Notes under the pieces: generated by a model
What the model was told of the DNA's origin: nothing
What the model saw: only the letters and a program-made list of their open reading frames with translations
Database searches by the model: none
Position numbers and translations under genes: made by a program
Shown: piece by piece, positions 1 to 9,811 of the stretch
How the letters are laid out: each line of letters opens with the position of its first letter
How positions within the stretch are numbered: the first letter of the stretch is position 1
Assembly: GCA_963714175.1 (NCBI GenBank)
Contig: CAVQNN010000003.1
Span: 520,201 to 584,200 of the forward strand
Direction of reading: 5' to 3'
From: an uncultured Actinomycetes bacterium
GTDB taxonomy: Bacteria; Actinomycetota; Thermoleophilia; RBG-16-64-13
Length of the DNA stretch: 64,000 nucleotides

Positions 1-2
1 CG

Positions 3-74
3 TTGATCATCGCGGTCAACCTGATAGTGGACATCTCGTACGGCTGGTTCGACCCGAGGATTCGATATGAGTGA
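3..74 (+). CDS. ABC transporter permease (DppB/OppB-like), C-terminal fragment; gene continues upstream of window
   Basis: Frame-3 translation LIIAVNLIVDISYGWFDPRIRYE* matches the conserved C-terminus of DppB-type permeases. Its stop overlaps the ATG of the next permease gene (ATGA coupling). Confidence 0.6.
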   Translation: MIIAVNLIVDISYGWFDPRIRYE

Positions 75-973
75 GGTCTCGAGCATGCAGGAACCCGAAG
101 TCGTCGTTCCGCCGCGGACCAGCGAGTGGAAACGCTTCCGTAGGATCTTCTTCCAGCGCAAGCTCGTGATGTTCGGACTGATCGTAGTGGTGCTGTTGGT
201 GCTCGTCGCCATCTTCGCGCCTCTCCTCGCGCCATACGACCCCTACGAAGACAGTCCGGGGACCTTGGCCGGGAGGCTGCAGGGCGCGAGCTCTGAGCAT
301 TGGCTGGGGACCGACGAGTCTGGGCCGCGACTCTCTCAGCCGCATCATCTACGGGACGAGGACGGCGCTGTACGTCGGCTTCGCCACGGTCGCGGTCTCG
401 GCGGTCGTCGGCATGATTCTGGGGCTGCTCGCCGGCTTCCTGGGGGGAGTGGTCAACGGGGTGATCATGCGGGTCATGGACGCCCTGATGGGCTTCCCCA
501 TGCTCGTCTTGGCCCTGCTTCTGGCCGCGGTGCTGGGAGGAGGCCTGCAGAACGTCGTCATTGCCCTGTCCATAGCAACTCTGCCTGGCTACGTGCGGCT
601 GATGTGCGCCGAGACCATGAGCGTCAAGGAGAACGAGTACATCATGGCGCAGAAGGCCATAGGTGCAAAGAGCCTGCGCACCATGGTCAGGCACGTCCTG
701 CCGAATGCTTTCCAGCCGAGTCTGGTGCTGATCACCACGATGCTCGGCAACGTGATCCTCGCCGAGGCCGGCCTGAGCTTCATCGGCATAGGTATCCAAC
801 CCCCCGGGGCGGCGTGGGGCAGCATGGCCGCCGGTGGATATCGGAGCCTCGCGACTCACCCCGAACTCTCGATCGCCCCGTCGGTGGCCATCATGATCGT
901 GGTGTTCGCCTTCAACATGGTGGGTGACGGACTACGAGACGCGCTGGACCCAAGGCTAAGGGGTACGCTTTGA
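67..973 (+). CDS. Oligopeptide/dipeptide ABC transporter permease (DppC/OppC-like); apparent +1 frameshift near nt 319
   Basis: N-terminal part (frame 1) is MFGLIVVVLLVLVAIFAPLLAPYDPYE...HWLGTDE. C-terminal part (frame 2) is LGRDSLSRIIYGTRTALYVGF...AFNMVGDGLRDALDPRL, the DppC hallmark. The two frames join at the conserved LGTDELGRD motif with one extra T. Confidence 0.8.
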
Positions 974-1999
974 TCGCGAACGATCCGACATGCGATACGC
1001 GCCCGGCGGGCGAACTGCTGCGGGTGAACGACCTCAAGACCGAGTTCAAGGTCGAGGGGGGCATAGTGCACGCGGTGAACGGGGTCTCTTACACGGTCAA
1101 CGAGCGGGAGATCGTAGGGATAGTGGGCGAGAGCGGCTGCGGCAAGTCGGTTTCCCAGCTCTCCGTCATCCAACTCGTGAGGCGACCCGGCCGTGTGGTG
1201 GGGGGAGAGGTGTGGTTCGAAGGTGAGAACCTCCTCAACTACAAGCCGACGGGCCCGGAGATGCGCGCTATCCGTGGCGCGAAGATCGGCATGATCTTCC
1301 AGGAGCCCATGACCTCGCTGAATCCCGTTCTGACCATAGGCCGCCAGATCACCGAGATCGCTCGAACTGCACCTAGGCATGAACAGGAAAGAGTCGCGCA
1401 ACCGGGCCGCCGAGCTACTGGACCTGGTGGGCATCCCCAGCGCCGAGAGTCGCCTGGACGACTACCCGCACCAGTTCAGCGGCGGGATGAGACAGCGGGT
1501 GATGATCGCCATAGGTGTGGCCTGTCATCCCAAGATGGTCATCGCCGACGAACCCACCACCGCACTGGATTGCACCACTCAAGCCCAACTGCTCGAACTC
1601 ATGCTGTCGACGATCGAGGGGTGTCGCGGCTCGCTGGTGCTCGTGACACACAACCTCGGCGTGGTGGCTCGCTACGCTCAGCGCATCTACATCATGTACG
1701 CGGGCAAGATCGTCGAGCAAGGTCTCTGCCGCGACATCTTCTACCATCCAAGACATCCATACACCGTCGGCCTGCTGAAGAGCGTCCCTCGCTTGGACGA
1801 AGTCCAAGGCCGTCGTCTGGTCCCCATCGAGGGCACTCCGCCCAACCTCATCGACATGCCGGACACCTGCGCCTTCCTGCCTCGCTGCCCTGAGAGGGGC
1901 GAGCGCTGCCGCCTCGAACCCTGGCCGGAGCTGGAGCCGGTCGACGGCGAGGGACACATGGCGCGATGCTACATGTGCGGGGGGAGGGCCGGAGAATGA
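970..1999 (+). CDS. Peptide ABC transporter ATP-binding protein (DppD/OppD-like); apparent +1 frameshift near nt 1357
   Basis: Walker A GESGCGKS, signature FSGGMRQRVMIA, and C-terminal oligopeptide-transporter domain (HPYTVGLLKSVP). Frames join at ITE|SLELHLGMNRKE with one extra A. TTG start overlaps the upstream stop. Confidence 0.8.
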
Positions 2000-3022
2000 C
2001 GACCATCGCCGACGCCACAGAGACTCCTGAGGTCACGAGCACGAACGACATGATTCTCGAGGTCGACCAACTCAAGATGCACTTCCCCATCACCCGAGGT
2101 CTGCTCAAGCGCAAGGTGGGCGAGATCAAGGCCGTCGACGGGGTGTCGTTCAAGATGAGGAGGGGCGAGGCCCTCGGGCTCGTCGGCGAGAGCGGCTGCG
2201 GCAAGACCACTGTGGGCCGGTGCGTCAGCCGGCTCTATGAGCCGACGGCGGGCCGCATCCTGTTCAACCAGCAGGACATAACCGCTATGCCGGAGAAGGA
2301 GTTCAGGCCGCTTCGGCGTCACATCTCCGTCATCTTCCAGGACCCCTACGGCTCGTTGGATCCCCGGCAGTCGGCCGGGGGCATCGTGGGCGAGCCGCTC
2401 AAGATCCAGAAGATGGTCGAGAGCAAGGCAGGACTACGATCAGAAGGTGGAGAGTCTCTTCGCCAAGGTCGGTCTGGACCCGGACCTGATGTCTCGCTAC
2501 CCCCACGAGTTCAGCGGCGGGCAGCGACAGCGCATAGGGATCGCCCGAGCCCTGGCCGGAGATCCCAGTCTGATCATCTGCGACGAGCCGGTCTCGGCGC
2601 TGGATGTGTCCATCCAGGCGCAGATCATCAACCTTCTCATGGATCTGAGAGAGGGATTCGCCGGGCTCAGCTACATCTTCATCGCGCACGATCTCTCGGT
2701 GGTCAAGCACTTCAGCGACCGGATCGCGGTGATGTATCTGGGGCGGATCGTGGAGATCACGACGCCCGCGGAGCTCTACGGCAATCCCATCCACCCCTAT
2801 ACGCGGGCCCTGTTGTCGGCGGTCTGTGTGCCCGATCCGGATATCGAGGCGACCCGCGAGAGGATCATTTTGGAGGGCGAGGTGCCGAGCCCTGTCAACC
2901 CGCCTTCGGGCTGCACCTTTCACGAGAGATGCCCGAACGCCACGCCGGCATGCCGCACGACGGTGCCTCAACTGAGAGAAGTAGGCCAGGATCACGAGGT
3001 CTCTTGCCTCGGAGTCGAGTGA
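1996..3022 (+). CDS. Peptide ABC transporter ATP-binding protein (DppF/OppF-like); apparent +1 frameshift at nt 2431
   Basis: Walker [10 protein letters not shown] and signature [15 protein letters not shown]. ORFs 1966-3033 and 2447-3022 join at ESKA|[15 protein letters not shown] with one extra G. RBS GGAGGG lies upstream of ATG 1996. Confidence 0.8.
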
Positions 3023-3049
3023 CGCGGACTTGAAGGAGACGGCGCAGAC

Positions 3050-3472
3050 ATGACCGACGCCAACACCTATAAAGACAACATCGTGACCAGCTACCTGGCC
3101 GACCAGAGCAAGTTCAGCGGCACTACCCTCTCGCCGGTTGCGTACATAGACTCCAGGTTCGTCCCCGGAGCGTTCTACGCGGAGAGTGTCTGGTTTCGCG
3201 AAGCCTCCGAAGGGTCTCCGCCGGAGCACAGCCACGACGATTTCGACGAGCTTCTGATGTTCTTCGGGTCTGACCCCGAGCGGCCGCACGATCTGTGCGG
3301 TGAGGTGGAGTTGTGGGTCGGGGGAGAGAAGCACCTACTGACCGAGAGCGCGATGGTCTTCGTGCCCAAGGGCGTGAAGCACTGTCCGATGATCTTCCGG
3401 CGGGTCGATAGGCCCATTCTTCACCTGTCGACGGCACCGTCGCAGAACTACAGCAGGGATGGCATCGGCTGA
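3050..3472 (+). CDS. Small cupin-domain protein, uncharacterised paralog family (copy C1)
   Basis: 140 aa. Cupin motif 1 PEHSHDDFDELLMFFG and motif 2 VFVPKGVKHCPMIF. RBS AAGGAGA. Paralogous to 3502-3961, 7407-8432 (two domains), 8448-8933 and 17434-17850. Confidence 0.7.
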   Translation: MTDANTYKDNIVTSYLADQSKFSGTTLSPVAYIDSRFVPGAFYAESVWFREASEGSPPEHSHDDFDELLMFFGSDPERPHDLCGEVELWVGGEKHLLTESAMVFVPKGVKHCPMIFRRVDRPILHLSTAPSQNYSRDGIG

Positions 3473-3501
3473 GCATTTCCGAACAGGAGGGAGAAGAAGT
3501 C

Positions 3502-3961
3502 TTGCACAAGCTGGAGAACTCACCGTACAAGAAGTACTTCAAGGTCGGTGACGAGATCAAGATCCCGTCTCATCCGCACGAGCACGAGGTGCCGTACCCG
3601 GCGATCTTACCTCGTTGGCACGGACGTGCCGGCGACTTCTGGCTTCAGGATCGCGACGTTCGCCATCACCGAGCCATTTGAGATGGTCCCGCACACTCAC
3701 ACCCACGACTTCGACCAGTACCTCTCCTTCTACGGCGGTGCGCCCGACATGTTGGATCTCGGCGGCGAAGTGGAATTCACACTCGGAGAGGAAGGGGGAG
3801 AGCTGGAGACCTACGTCTTCACGAAGCCCTTCATGGTTCACGTACCGCCGGGCGTGTTCCACTGCCCGCTGCGCTACACCAAGGTCTACGACCCCGCGAA
3901 GCCGATGATCCACCAGGATCTCGTTTTCACGGGTGAGTACATCCGGAAACCGGCCAGCTGA
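3502..3961 (+). CDS. Small cupin-domain protein, same paralog family (copy C2); apparent +1 frameshift near nt 3597
   Basis: RBS AGGAGGGA then TTG 3502. N-terminal LHKLENSPYKKYFKVGDEIKIPSHPHEHEVPYPAI is in frame 1. The remainder, YLVGTDVPATSGFRIATFAITEPFEMVPHTHTHDFDQYLSFYGG...VHVPPGVFHCPLRY, is in frame 2 (ORF 3548-3961). The N-terminus aligns to paralog 8448-8933 (KYDQYVHHPPH). Confidence 0.6.
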
Positions 3962-4101
3962 GGCCGGACAATCCATTGCCAGACGTGCGCGAGGAACTCG
4001 TCGGAAGGGGGTGCGGATCTCGGGGTGATAGGGGGAAGGTCAGGATTCTGCTGTGTGCACGACGATCGAAATGACACGACTGTGCAAGTTGTCCGAGATG
4101 G

Positions 4102-5773
4102 GGGTAGTGAAGTGAATCGAAGAAGAGCAATATGGAGCATCGGCGTTCTCCTACTGGTGGCCATCGTGATGATGGTCATGGTAGGGTGCGGTGAGGACGA
4201 TACGACCACGACTACGGCCGCTCCGTCCACCGACACCACCGCTGCCGCCGTCAACCGACACAACGGTGGCGCCCGAGACAACGACCACGATGTCGGCCGA
4301 TACGCCCGTCGCCGGCGGCGTCCTGCGTCTGATCATCAACGCAGGTCCGCAGAGCGTCGGCTGGTGGGCGACCATGGGCCCGACCGACGAAGGCGCGATC
4401 TTCCCCGGTGTGGAGAGGACTCATGAAGTTCGCCCCCGGGCGGCACACTGGTTCCCTGCCTTGCTGAGACCGTGACCGAGGATCCCGATGCCCTCACCAT
4501 CACCTTCAAGCTTCACGAGGGCGTCATGTTCCATGACGGCACCGAGCTGACCGCTGACGTGGCCAAGTGGAACTACGATATCGGCATGGCGACGGCAAGC
4601 TCCAGTTCGCCGACTCCATCAAGGAGTTCGAGATCGTCGACAAGTACAACTATCGTGCTACACCTGAACTACTGGCACAACCAGCTGCTGCAGGCCATCG
4701 GCTGGGTCCCCATGTTCTCCCAGGCCGCCTACGAGGCGAACGGTGGAGCGAACGGTGGAGCTGAGTGGTGCGCGGAGCATCTCGTCGGTACCGGACCGTT
4801 CACGCTCGACGAGTTCAACCGCGACCAGTCCCTCAAGTGGGTCAAGAACCCCAACTACTGGGGCGGAGAGGTCTATCTCGACGGTATCGAAGTGAGCATC
4901 ATCCCCGACAACGCGACGGCGGCGGCCATGATGCAGGCTGGCCAGGCCGACATCTGGCAGAGCGCCGACGCGCAGGGCCAGTCCGAGATGGAAGCTGCCG
5001 GCTTCACTCTGCAGTCAGGGCTGGGCTGGATTCCAGTGGCACCTGATGCCCAACACCGTCGACCCCGCCTCCCCGATGGCCGACCAGAAGGTGCGCGAAG
5101 CGGTGGAGTACGCTCTGGACAAGCCGGCTATCGCCGAGGCTATCGGCTATGGCCGTGCTGACCCCCATCTACTGCAGTCGCCCCCCGGGAGAATGGGGTG
5201 CGGACGCGATCATGGTCAAGCGTGAGTACGATCCGGAGAAGGCCAAGGCCCTCCTGGCCGAGGCCGGCTACGCTGATGGCTGCCCCATCGACATCCTTGC
5301 CGTCGCGGAGACAGGCGGTCGCAGCACCGGCGCCGAGGCGGTCAAGGGCTATCTGGATGCCGCCGGCTTTGTCACCAACATCGACATCGCTGATGCCGGC
5401 CGGTTCTACGGCTCGGTGTTCGGCACCGGCTGGAAAGACCTGGCCCTTATGTTCAGCGGCAACGACGTGACCTATCTCATGTCGTGCGCTGCCTGGTGGA
5501 GCCCGACACCCAAGACCAACCTCACCGAGCTTCGCGCGTCCCGCCGAGTTCTGGCGCACTCTTCGAGCCGGCCCTGATGGCCCGTACTCGAAGCGAGCAG
5601 ATAGCGAAGACCGCGGACTATCGTTCGCCATGATGAACGAGAAGGCCCTGATGATCCCGCTGTATCATCAGCCTGCCACCATCGTCATCCAAGACTACGT
5701 CCACTGCGAATACCCGATTGAAGCGGGCTTCGTGGGCTGGTCCTGGGAGAAGACCTGGATGGGCGAGCACTAG
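4102..5773 (+). pseudogene. ABC transporter substrate-binding lipoprotein, family 5 (DppA/OppA-like), disrupted by at least six frameshifts
   Basis: Signal/lipobox LLLVAIVMMVMVGCGEDD then a Thr-rich linker. Family-5 SBP pieces spread over three frames: GGVLRLIINAGPQSVGWW, TITFKLHEGVMFHDGTELTADVAKWNYD, WVKNPNYWGGEVYLDGIEVSIIPDN, AVEYALDKPAIAEAIGYGRADP, KALMIPLYHQPATIVIQDYVH, ending at stop 5771-5773. Confidence 0.7.
4738..4761 (+). repeat. 12-nt tandem duplication (aacggtggagcg/aacggtggagct) inside the SBP pseudogene, encoding ANGGANGG
   Basis: Direct reading of the sequence; the duplication is in frame. Confidence 0.6.
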
Positions 5774-5816
5774 TAACCAATAGGTATCGACCTGCAGCCG
5801 GCAAACAGGCTGCAGC

Positions 5817-5850
5817 GACTCGGCCCGCCCCCAGACTACGGTCTGGGGGC
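5817..5850. terminator. Perfect 15-bp-stem hairpin between convergent genes (candidate bidirectional terminator)
   Basis: GGCCCGCCCCCAGAC-tacg-GTCTGGGGGCGGGCC followed by GAGCTTTGTG. It lies between the SBP pseudogene end (+) and the NTF2 gene end (-). Confidence 0.5.
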
Positions 5851-5998
5851 GGGCCGAGCTTTGTGCGGAGCATGACTGCTCCCACGGGCTCGGTCGCTGT
5901 GCTCGGGCGGGTGGGCGCGCGGGACGTGCCTTATTCGTGCACAGGGGGATCGCATTGCCGCTGGCACCTGGCGCAGTGCCAGGCCGGCGCTGCCTGTT

Positions 5999-6715
5999 CT
6001 AGCCTTTCCGGGGCGCCAAACCGGGGGGCGGCGTGACTATAGGCTTGCCGGTCACCGGATGGACGCAGTGGAACGGAAGCACCTCATGCTCGGGCCATCT
6101 CAATGGCGTGTAGTCCGTCAGCTCATCCGGACCGTAGGGATCCTCCGGGAAGGTGGTGGTTTGCAGCGCCACAAACTCAGGCGGTGTGAAGGCCCATCCG
6201 TTCTCGAAGGTGCAGATCCATACCGGCCGGTAGTTGAGCATCTTGATCTTCCACACACCGTCGCGCTTGACGTAGGCATTCTCATAGAGGGCGCCTTCCC
6301 ACCACTGGCGGGCGATCGAGGTGGGGTTGGGATTCCTTTCGTAGTGAGTGCCGGCCTGCATCATGCAGCGGAAACGCGCCGAGGCGGTCAGTCGATCAGC
6401 GGACACGTCGACCACGTCCTGCATCTGGGGGTGATCGAGCAGGAAGCCGAAGACCGGTCCGTTCTTGCCGTCGGTGAAGCGGTTACGGAAGCCATCGCAG
6501 TACATGCGGCGGGCACCGGCAAGGCCTCGGAAGATTCCGCCAAAGAAGTGAATCTCGCAATCCTCGTCGTAGCAGTCGACCGCCTCGTCGTACATGCACT
6601 TGTCGATGAAGTAGCCATAGAGATGATGCAGACGGCGGATGGCATGCACGTCTTCCAGCACTCCGAGTCTGTGCTCCAGCCGTTCGACCCGTTTCTGCAG
6701 CTCATCATCACTCAT
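5999..6715 (-). CDS. NTF2-like (SnoaL-type) superfamily protein with C-terminal Pro/aromatic-rich extension (paralog A)
   Basis: 238 aa. N-terminus MSDDELQKRVERLEHRLGVLEDVHAIRRLHHLYGYFID is typical of SnoaL-like/NTF2 proteins. RBS GGGAGGG. The C-terminal ~90 aa (ENGWAFTPPEF...PLRWPEHEV) is shared with paralog B. Confidence 0.75.
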   Translation of the reverse strand: MSDDELQKRVERLEHRLGVLEDVHAIRRLHHLYGYFIDKCMYDEAVDCYDEDCEIHFFGGIFRGLAGARRMYCDGFRNRFTDGKNGPVFGFLLDHPQMQDVVDVSADRLTASARFRCMMQAGTHYERNPNPTSIARQWWEGALYENAYVKRDGVWKIKMLNYRPVWICTFENGWAFTPPEFVALQTTTFPEDPYGPDELTDYTPLRWPEHEVLPFHCVHPVTGKPIVTPPPGLAPRKG

Positions 6716-6744
6716 GATCTTGACCCTCCCGTATCCAGAACGGC

Positions 6745-7395
6745 CTAGTCGGCGTACGGCTCCGGCGGCGGTGGTTGCATCACATTTATCCGGTAGCGGC
6801 TGTACGGCATGTAGTAGGTGGTCGGCCTGTCCGGCACGTTTTCCGGAGAACCAGCGATACTGGCCGCCACCGGCTCCTCCGCCCAGCCTTTCTCATACGG
6901 GCACATGAACGTCTGGCGGTAGGCGAACTTGAGGAATCTCCACTGCCCGTCCTCTTTGACATACTCCATGTCGTATTTCCCCAGGCAGAGGAATTGCTTC
7001 AAGGTACCTTCCACCATGAGGGAACAGTAGCCGTGCGAGTGCCAGAGTCCCCTAGCTCTCGTTCGGTCGCGGTTGATTTCGATGATGGGGTTGACAGTCA
7101 TGTGAATCGCGAGGTGTCCCGCGCCGATCATCTTGTCGTCGAAGACTGTGTTCCAGAAGCGGGTGACGCTCTCGATGCCTTCGTAGACCCCGCTGTCCTC
7201 CATCTCCAGGTTGACCCCTGGCGTCTTCTGGGCAAACAGAGCTGGTACCTCGGATCTTCTTCCGATGTGGTAGAGGTGCGAGTACAGCGATTGCAGCTTC
7301 CAGAGCTCGAGGTAGTCCTTGGCGAGCGCTCCCTCGGCCACCTGCTCTTTCAGGCTTCTCAGTTCGGCTTCCAGCTGCTCCAGAGTCATGGTCAT
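6745..7395 (-). CDS. NTF2-like (SnoaL-type) superfamily protein (paralog B)
   Basis: 216 aa, MTMTLEQLEAELRSLKEQVAEG...YLELWKLQSLYSHLYHIG. Same architecture as 5999-6715, including the EKGWAEEP...YMPYSRYRINV tail. Confidence 0.75.
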   Translation of the reverse strand: MTMTLEQLEAELRSLKEQVAEGALAKDYLELWKLQSLYSHLYHIGRRSEVPALFAQKTPGVNLEMEDSGVYEGIESVTRFWNTVFDDKMIGAGHLAIHMTVNPIIEINRDRTRARGLWHSHGYCSLMVEGTLKQFLCLGKYDMEYVKEDGQWRFLKFAYRQTFMCPYEKGWAEEPVAASIAGSPENVPDRPTTYYMPYSRYRINVMQPPPPEPYAD

Positions 7396-7406
7396 TTCTC
7401 GTGCCC

Positions 7407-8432
7407 CTACCGACCGCCGGGATATAGCTTGATGCCCTCACCCATGGGCGACGACATCATGAAGAACAACTGCTTGCTGATGTTCCTGACGATCATCGGG
7501 CCTTGCGACACGTTCGGCGGAACGTATGCCCAGAAGGGCTTGTTGATAACGTGCTTCTCGCCGCCGATCCAGAGTTCCACCTCCGCGCGGAGGTCGGTGA
7601 TGTCGTCGTAGTTCAACGACGTGATCGCGATGGAGGTGCCGTAGGGCACGGTGTGGGTGTCCATGATCAGTTGGCCGGCTTTGGATGTGTCGCCGGGAAG
7701 AAGCCATCTCGTGTCGCAGCCGAACTCGGCGTCGGGGATCACGGTCTGGTCGATGTAGGCCATCGGACGACAGTAGGTGGGATCGAGGGGACGCATGAAG
7801 TCGGGCATCTTGATGTCGGCCGGCGTCCCGTAGACCATGTATCTCGCGTACTTCGATTCGCCGGGCTTCACTTCCCTGGCGATCGGGGGGGCTTTCTCCT
7901 CTGCCTCGGCCTTCTTGGTCTCGTCGTCCTTCTCTCTCGTGTAGACGCCGCCGGGGCCGGAGACCCAGTGCAGCGTCGGCCGGGAGTAGATCTGGCTGCG
8001 CACGCCTCTGTTGAACACAGGCATGTGGGGCAGGTTGGCGGGGATGTACGCCACCCAACTCGACTCCAGAGGGATTATCTCGTCGTCCATCTGCATGGCC
8101 ATGGGGTCTGTGTCTGCGAAATCTTCGGGATTTGTCCCCCACCAAGAGAGCAGCTCGGGAAAGCCATGAACATGGGGGAACATGCCTGGAGTCGCGTAGC
8201 CGATCTTCGCCAACTCCTCCCACGTCACCTGATTGGGGAAGGTGGAGGGCCATATCCAGGTGGTCTCCCCGTAGTAGGCACCGGGGATGACCTCCTCGTC
8301 GATCCAGTGCAGGTGCTCCATGCTGACGCGCTTGCCTTGGGCGGCCAGAAGGTCGCGCTGCTCCGGGGTCGGGCCAGGCAGTAGATGCCGCTTCTCGAGC
8401 GTGGTGCAGATGTACTTGTCGAATTCGCCCAT
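7407..8432 (-). CDS. Tandem-double cupin protein of the same uncharacterised paralog family (copies C3+C4 fused)
   Basis: 341 aa with two cupin units. Unit 1 is PHVHGFPELLSWWGTNPEDF...AYIPANLPHMPVFN. Unit 2 is DTHTVPYGTS...LRAEVELWIGGEKHVINKPFWAYVPPNVSQGPMIV. RBS AGGAGC. Confidence 0.7.
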   Translation of the reverse strand: MGEFDKYICTTLEKRHLLPGPTPEQRDLLAAQGKRVSMEHLHWIDEEVIPGAYYGETTWIWPSTFPNQVTWEELAKIGYATPGMFPHVHGFPELLSWWGTNPEDFADTDPMAMQMDDEIIPLESSWVAYIPANLPHMPVFNRGVRSQIYSRPTLHWVSGPGGVYTREKDDETKKAEAEEKAPPIAREVKPGESKYARYMVYGTPADIKMPDFMRPLDPTYCRPMAYIDQTVIPDAEFGCDTRWLLPGDTSKAGQLIMDTHTVPYGTSIAITSLNYDDITDLRAEVELWIGGEKHVINKPFWAYVPPNVSQGPMIVRNISKQLFFMMSSPMGEGIKLYPGGR

Positions 8433-8447
8433 GGTCGGTGCGTGCTC

Positions 8448-8933
8448 CTATCCCTTGTAGGGGATGATCTCGAAGTTCATGATCTTGTGCGGGTCGAAGC
8501 CCTTGTCTTCCTCGAAATAGGCTTCCCGCGTACCTTCCGCTCCGGCCATCATTATCTCCACCTGGATGATGGGGCTGTCGACGCGAGTGACCTCCAGCGG
8601 ACCGTGGGGCAGCTCCGGCGGCAGATAGACGAGCGTCGGGCGGGTGAAGACGTACTTCTCCAACTCCGGCCCCATGTGCAGCACCACTTCCGCGCCGAAC
8701 TCATCCGGGTCGTCAGGGTTGCCGCCATACCACGCCAGCACTTCGTGGAAGTTGTGGGTGTGGCATGGGTTGTCTCCCTTGAAGGGCTTGCGGACGAACT
8801 GATGACCCATCATGAAGGGGAAGCCGATCTGCTGGTGCGAGATCATCAGACCGTCGAACACAGCGGTGCCGTCCGCCTTCATCGTCAGGAGCATGTGGGG
8901 CGGATGATGCACATACTGGTCGTACTTGCTCAC
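8448..8933 (-). CDS. Small cupin-domain protein, same paralog family (copy C5)
   Basis: GTG start preceded by AAGAGG (MSKYDQYVHHPPH...). Motifs CHTHNFHEVLAWYGGNPDDP and VYLPPELPHGPLEV. The longer ORF (to 9047) overlaps the upstream SDR and is judged spurious. Confidence 0.65.
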   Translation of the reverse strand: MSKYDQYVHHPPHMLLTMKADGTAVFDGLMISHQQIGFPFMMGHQFVRKPFKGDNPCHTHNFHEVLAWYGGNPDDPDEFGAEVVLHMGPELEKYVFTRPTLVYLPPELPHGPLEVTRVDSPIIQVEIMMAGAEGTREAYFEEDKGFDPHKIMNFEIIPYKG

Positions 8934-8988
8934 GTCTACCTCTTTCGGAGTGCTGCCTGGTTGCCTGCCGCGGGTTCGCGGAGGGCAA

Positions 8989-9786
8989 CTACAATACCGA
9001 ACCGCCGGACACATGGAAGACCTGCCCGGTGACGTAACTGGTGACATCGGACGCTAGGAAGAGGGTGGCGTTGGCGATATCCCTCGCCGTGCCCATCCTG
9101 CCCAGCGGGAATGCCCCGAGAAACGCCTTGTTCCTCTCCAGTGCTTCTTCCGGCGACAACTCGGGTTCTCCCTCGTGGAGGATGGCCCCGAACTTGGTGG
9201 GCGCCGGACCGGGAGCGACGCAGTTGACGCGGAGGCCGGCCGGTCCCTCAACCTTGGCAAGTTGCTTCGTGAACAGATCGAGCGCGTACTTGGACATGGC
9301 GTAGGTGCCGACGCCCATGGCGTACTGATGCGTGCTACCAGAGCCGATGTTCACGATGACCCCGTACTTCTGCGCGCGCATCAAGGGGACGACGGCCTGA
9401 GTGACGTTCATGGTGCCGATGACGTTCAGCTTGAACTGCTTCTCCCAGGCGACAGGGTCCTGATCCTCGATCGGGATCCCATCCTTGTGGAGGATGGCAC
9501 CGGCGACGTTGCAGAGGATGTCGATCCGTCCGTACTCGTCAATCACCTTGCGTACCATCGCCTTGACGGCGGCGTTGTCGGTGATATCGGCCTGCACGGC
9601 GAAGCTCTTGCAGCCCAGCTTCTTCACTGCTTCAGCCGTCTTCTCGGTATCCTCCAGGATGATGTCGGTGACAGCCACCGCATCAATCCCTTCCTGGGCC
9701 AAGAGCAAAGCTATCTCTTTGCCGAACCCTACTTGGCTGCCGGCCCCGGTGACGAGTGCCGTCTTTCCTGCAAAGGCGAGATCCAT
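8989..9786 (-). CDS. Short-chain dehydrogenase/reductase (SDR) family oxidoreductase
   Basis: TGAGSQVGFG Rossmann motif, NVAG, and YAMSK catalytic Tyr-x3-Lys. 265 aa. Confidence 0.85.
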   Translation of the reverse strand: MDLAFAGKTALVTGAGSQVGFGKEIALLLAQEGIDAVAVTDIILEDTEKTAEAVKKLGCKSFAVQADITDNAAVKAMVRKVIDEYGRIDILCNVAGAILHKDGIPIEDQDPVAWEKQFKLNVIGTMNVTQAVVPLMRAQKYGVIVNIGSGSTHQYAMGVGTYAMSKYALDLFTKQLAKVEGPAGLRVNCVAPGPAPTKFGAILHEGEPELSPEEALERNKAFLGAFPLGRMGTARDIANATLFLASDVTSYVTGQVFHVSGGSVL

Positions 9787-9811
9787 GGTTACCTTCCAAT
9801 CAAAGTAGTAG

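Noticed and set aside
319-2431. Programmed +1 ribosomal frameshifting as an explanation for the split genes.
   Set aside because: The junctions lack slippery or shifty motifs. They occur in unrelated genes and include an essential gene with three events. Indel errors or pseudogenisation is far more parsimonious.
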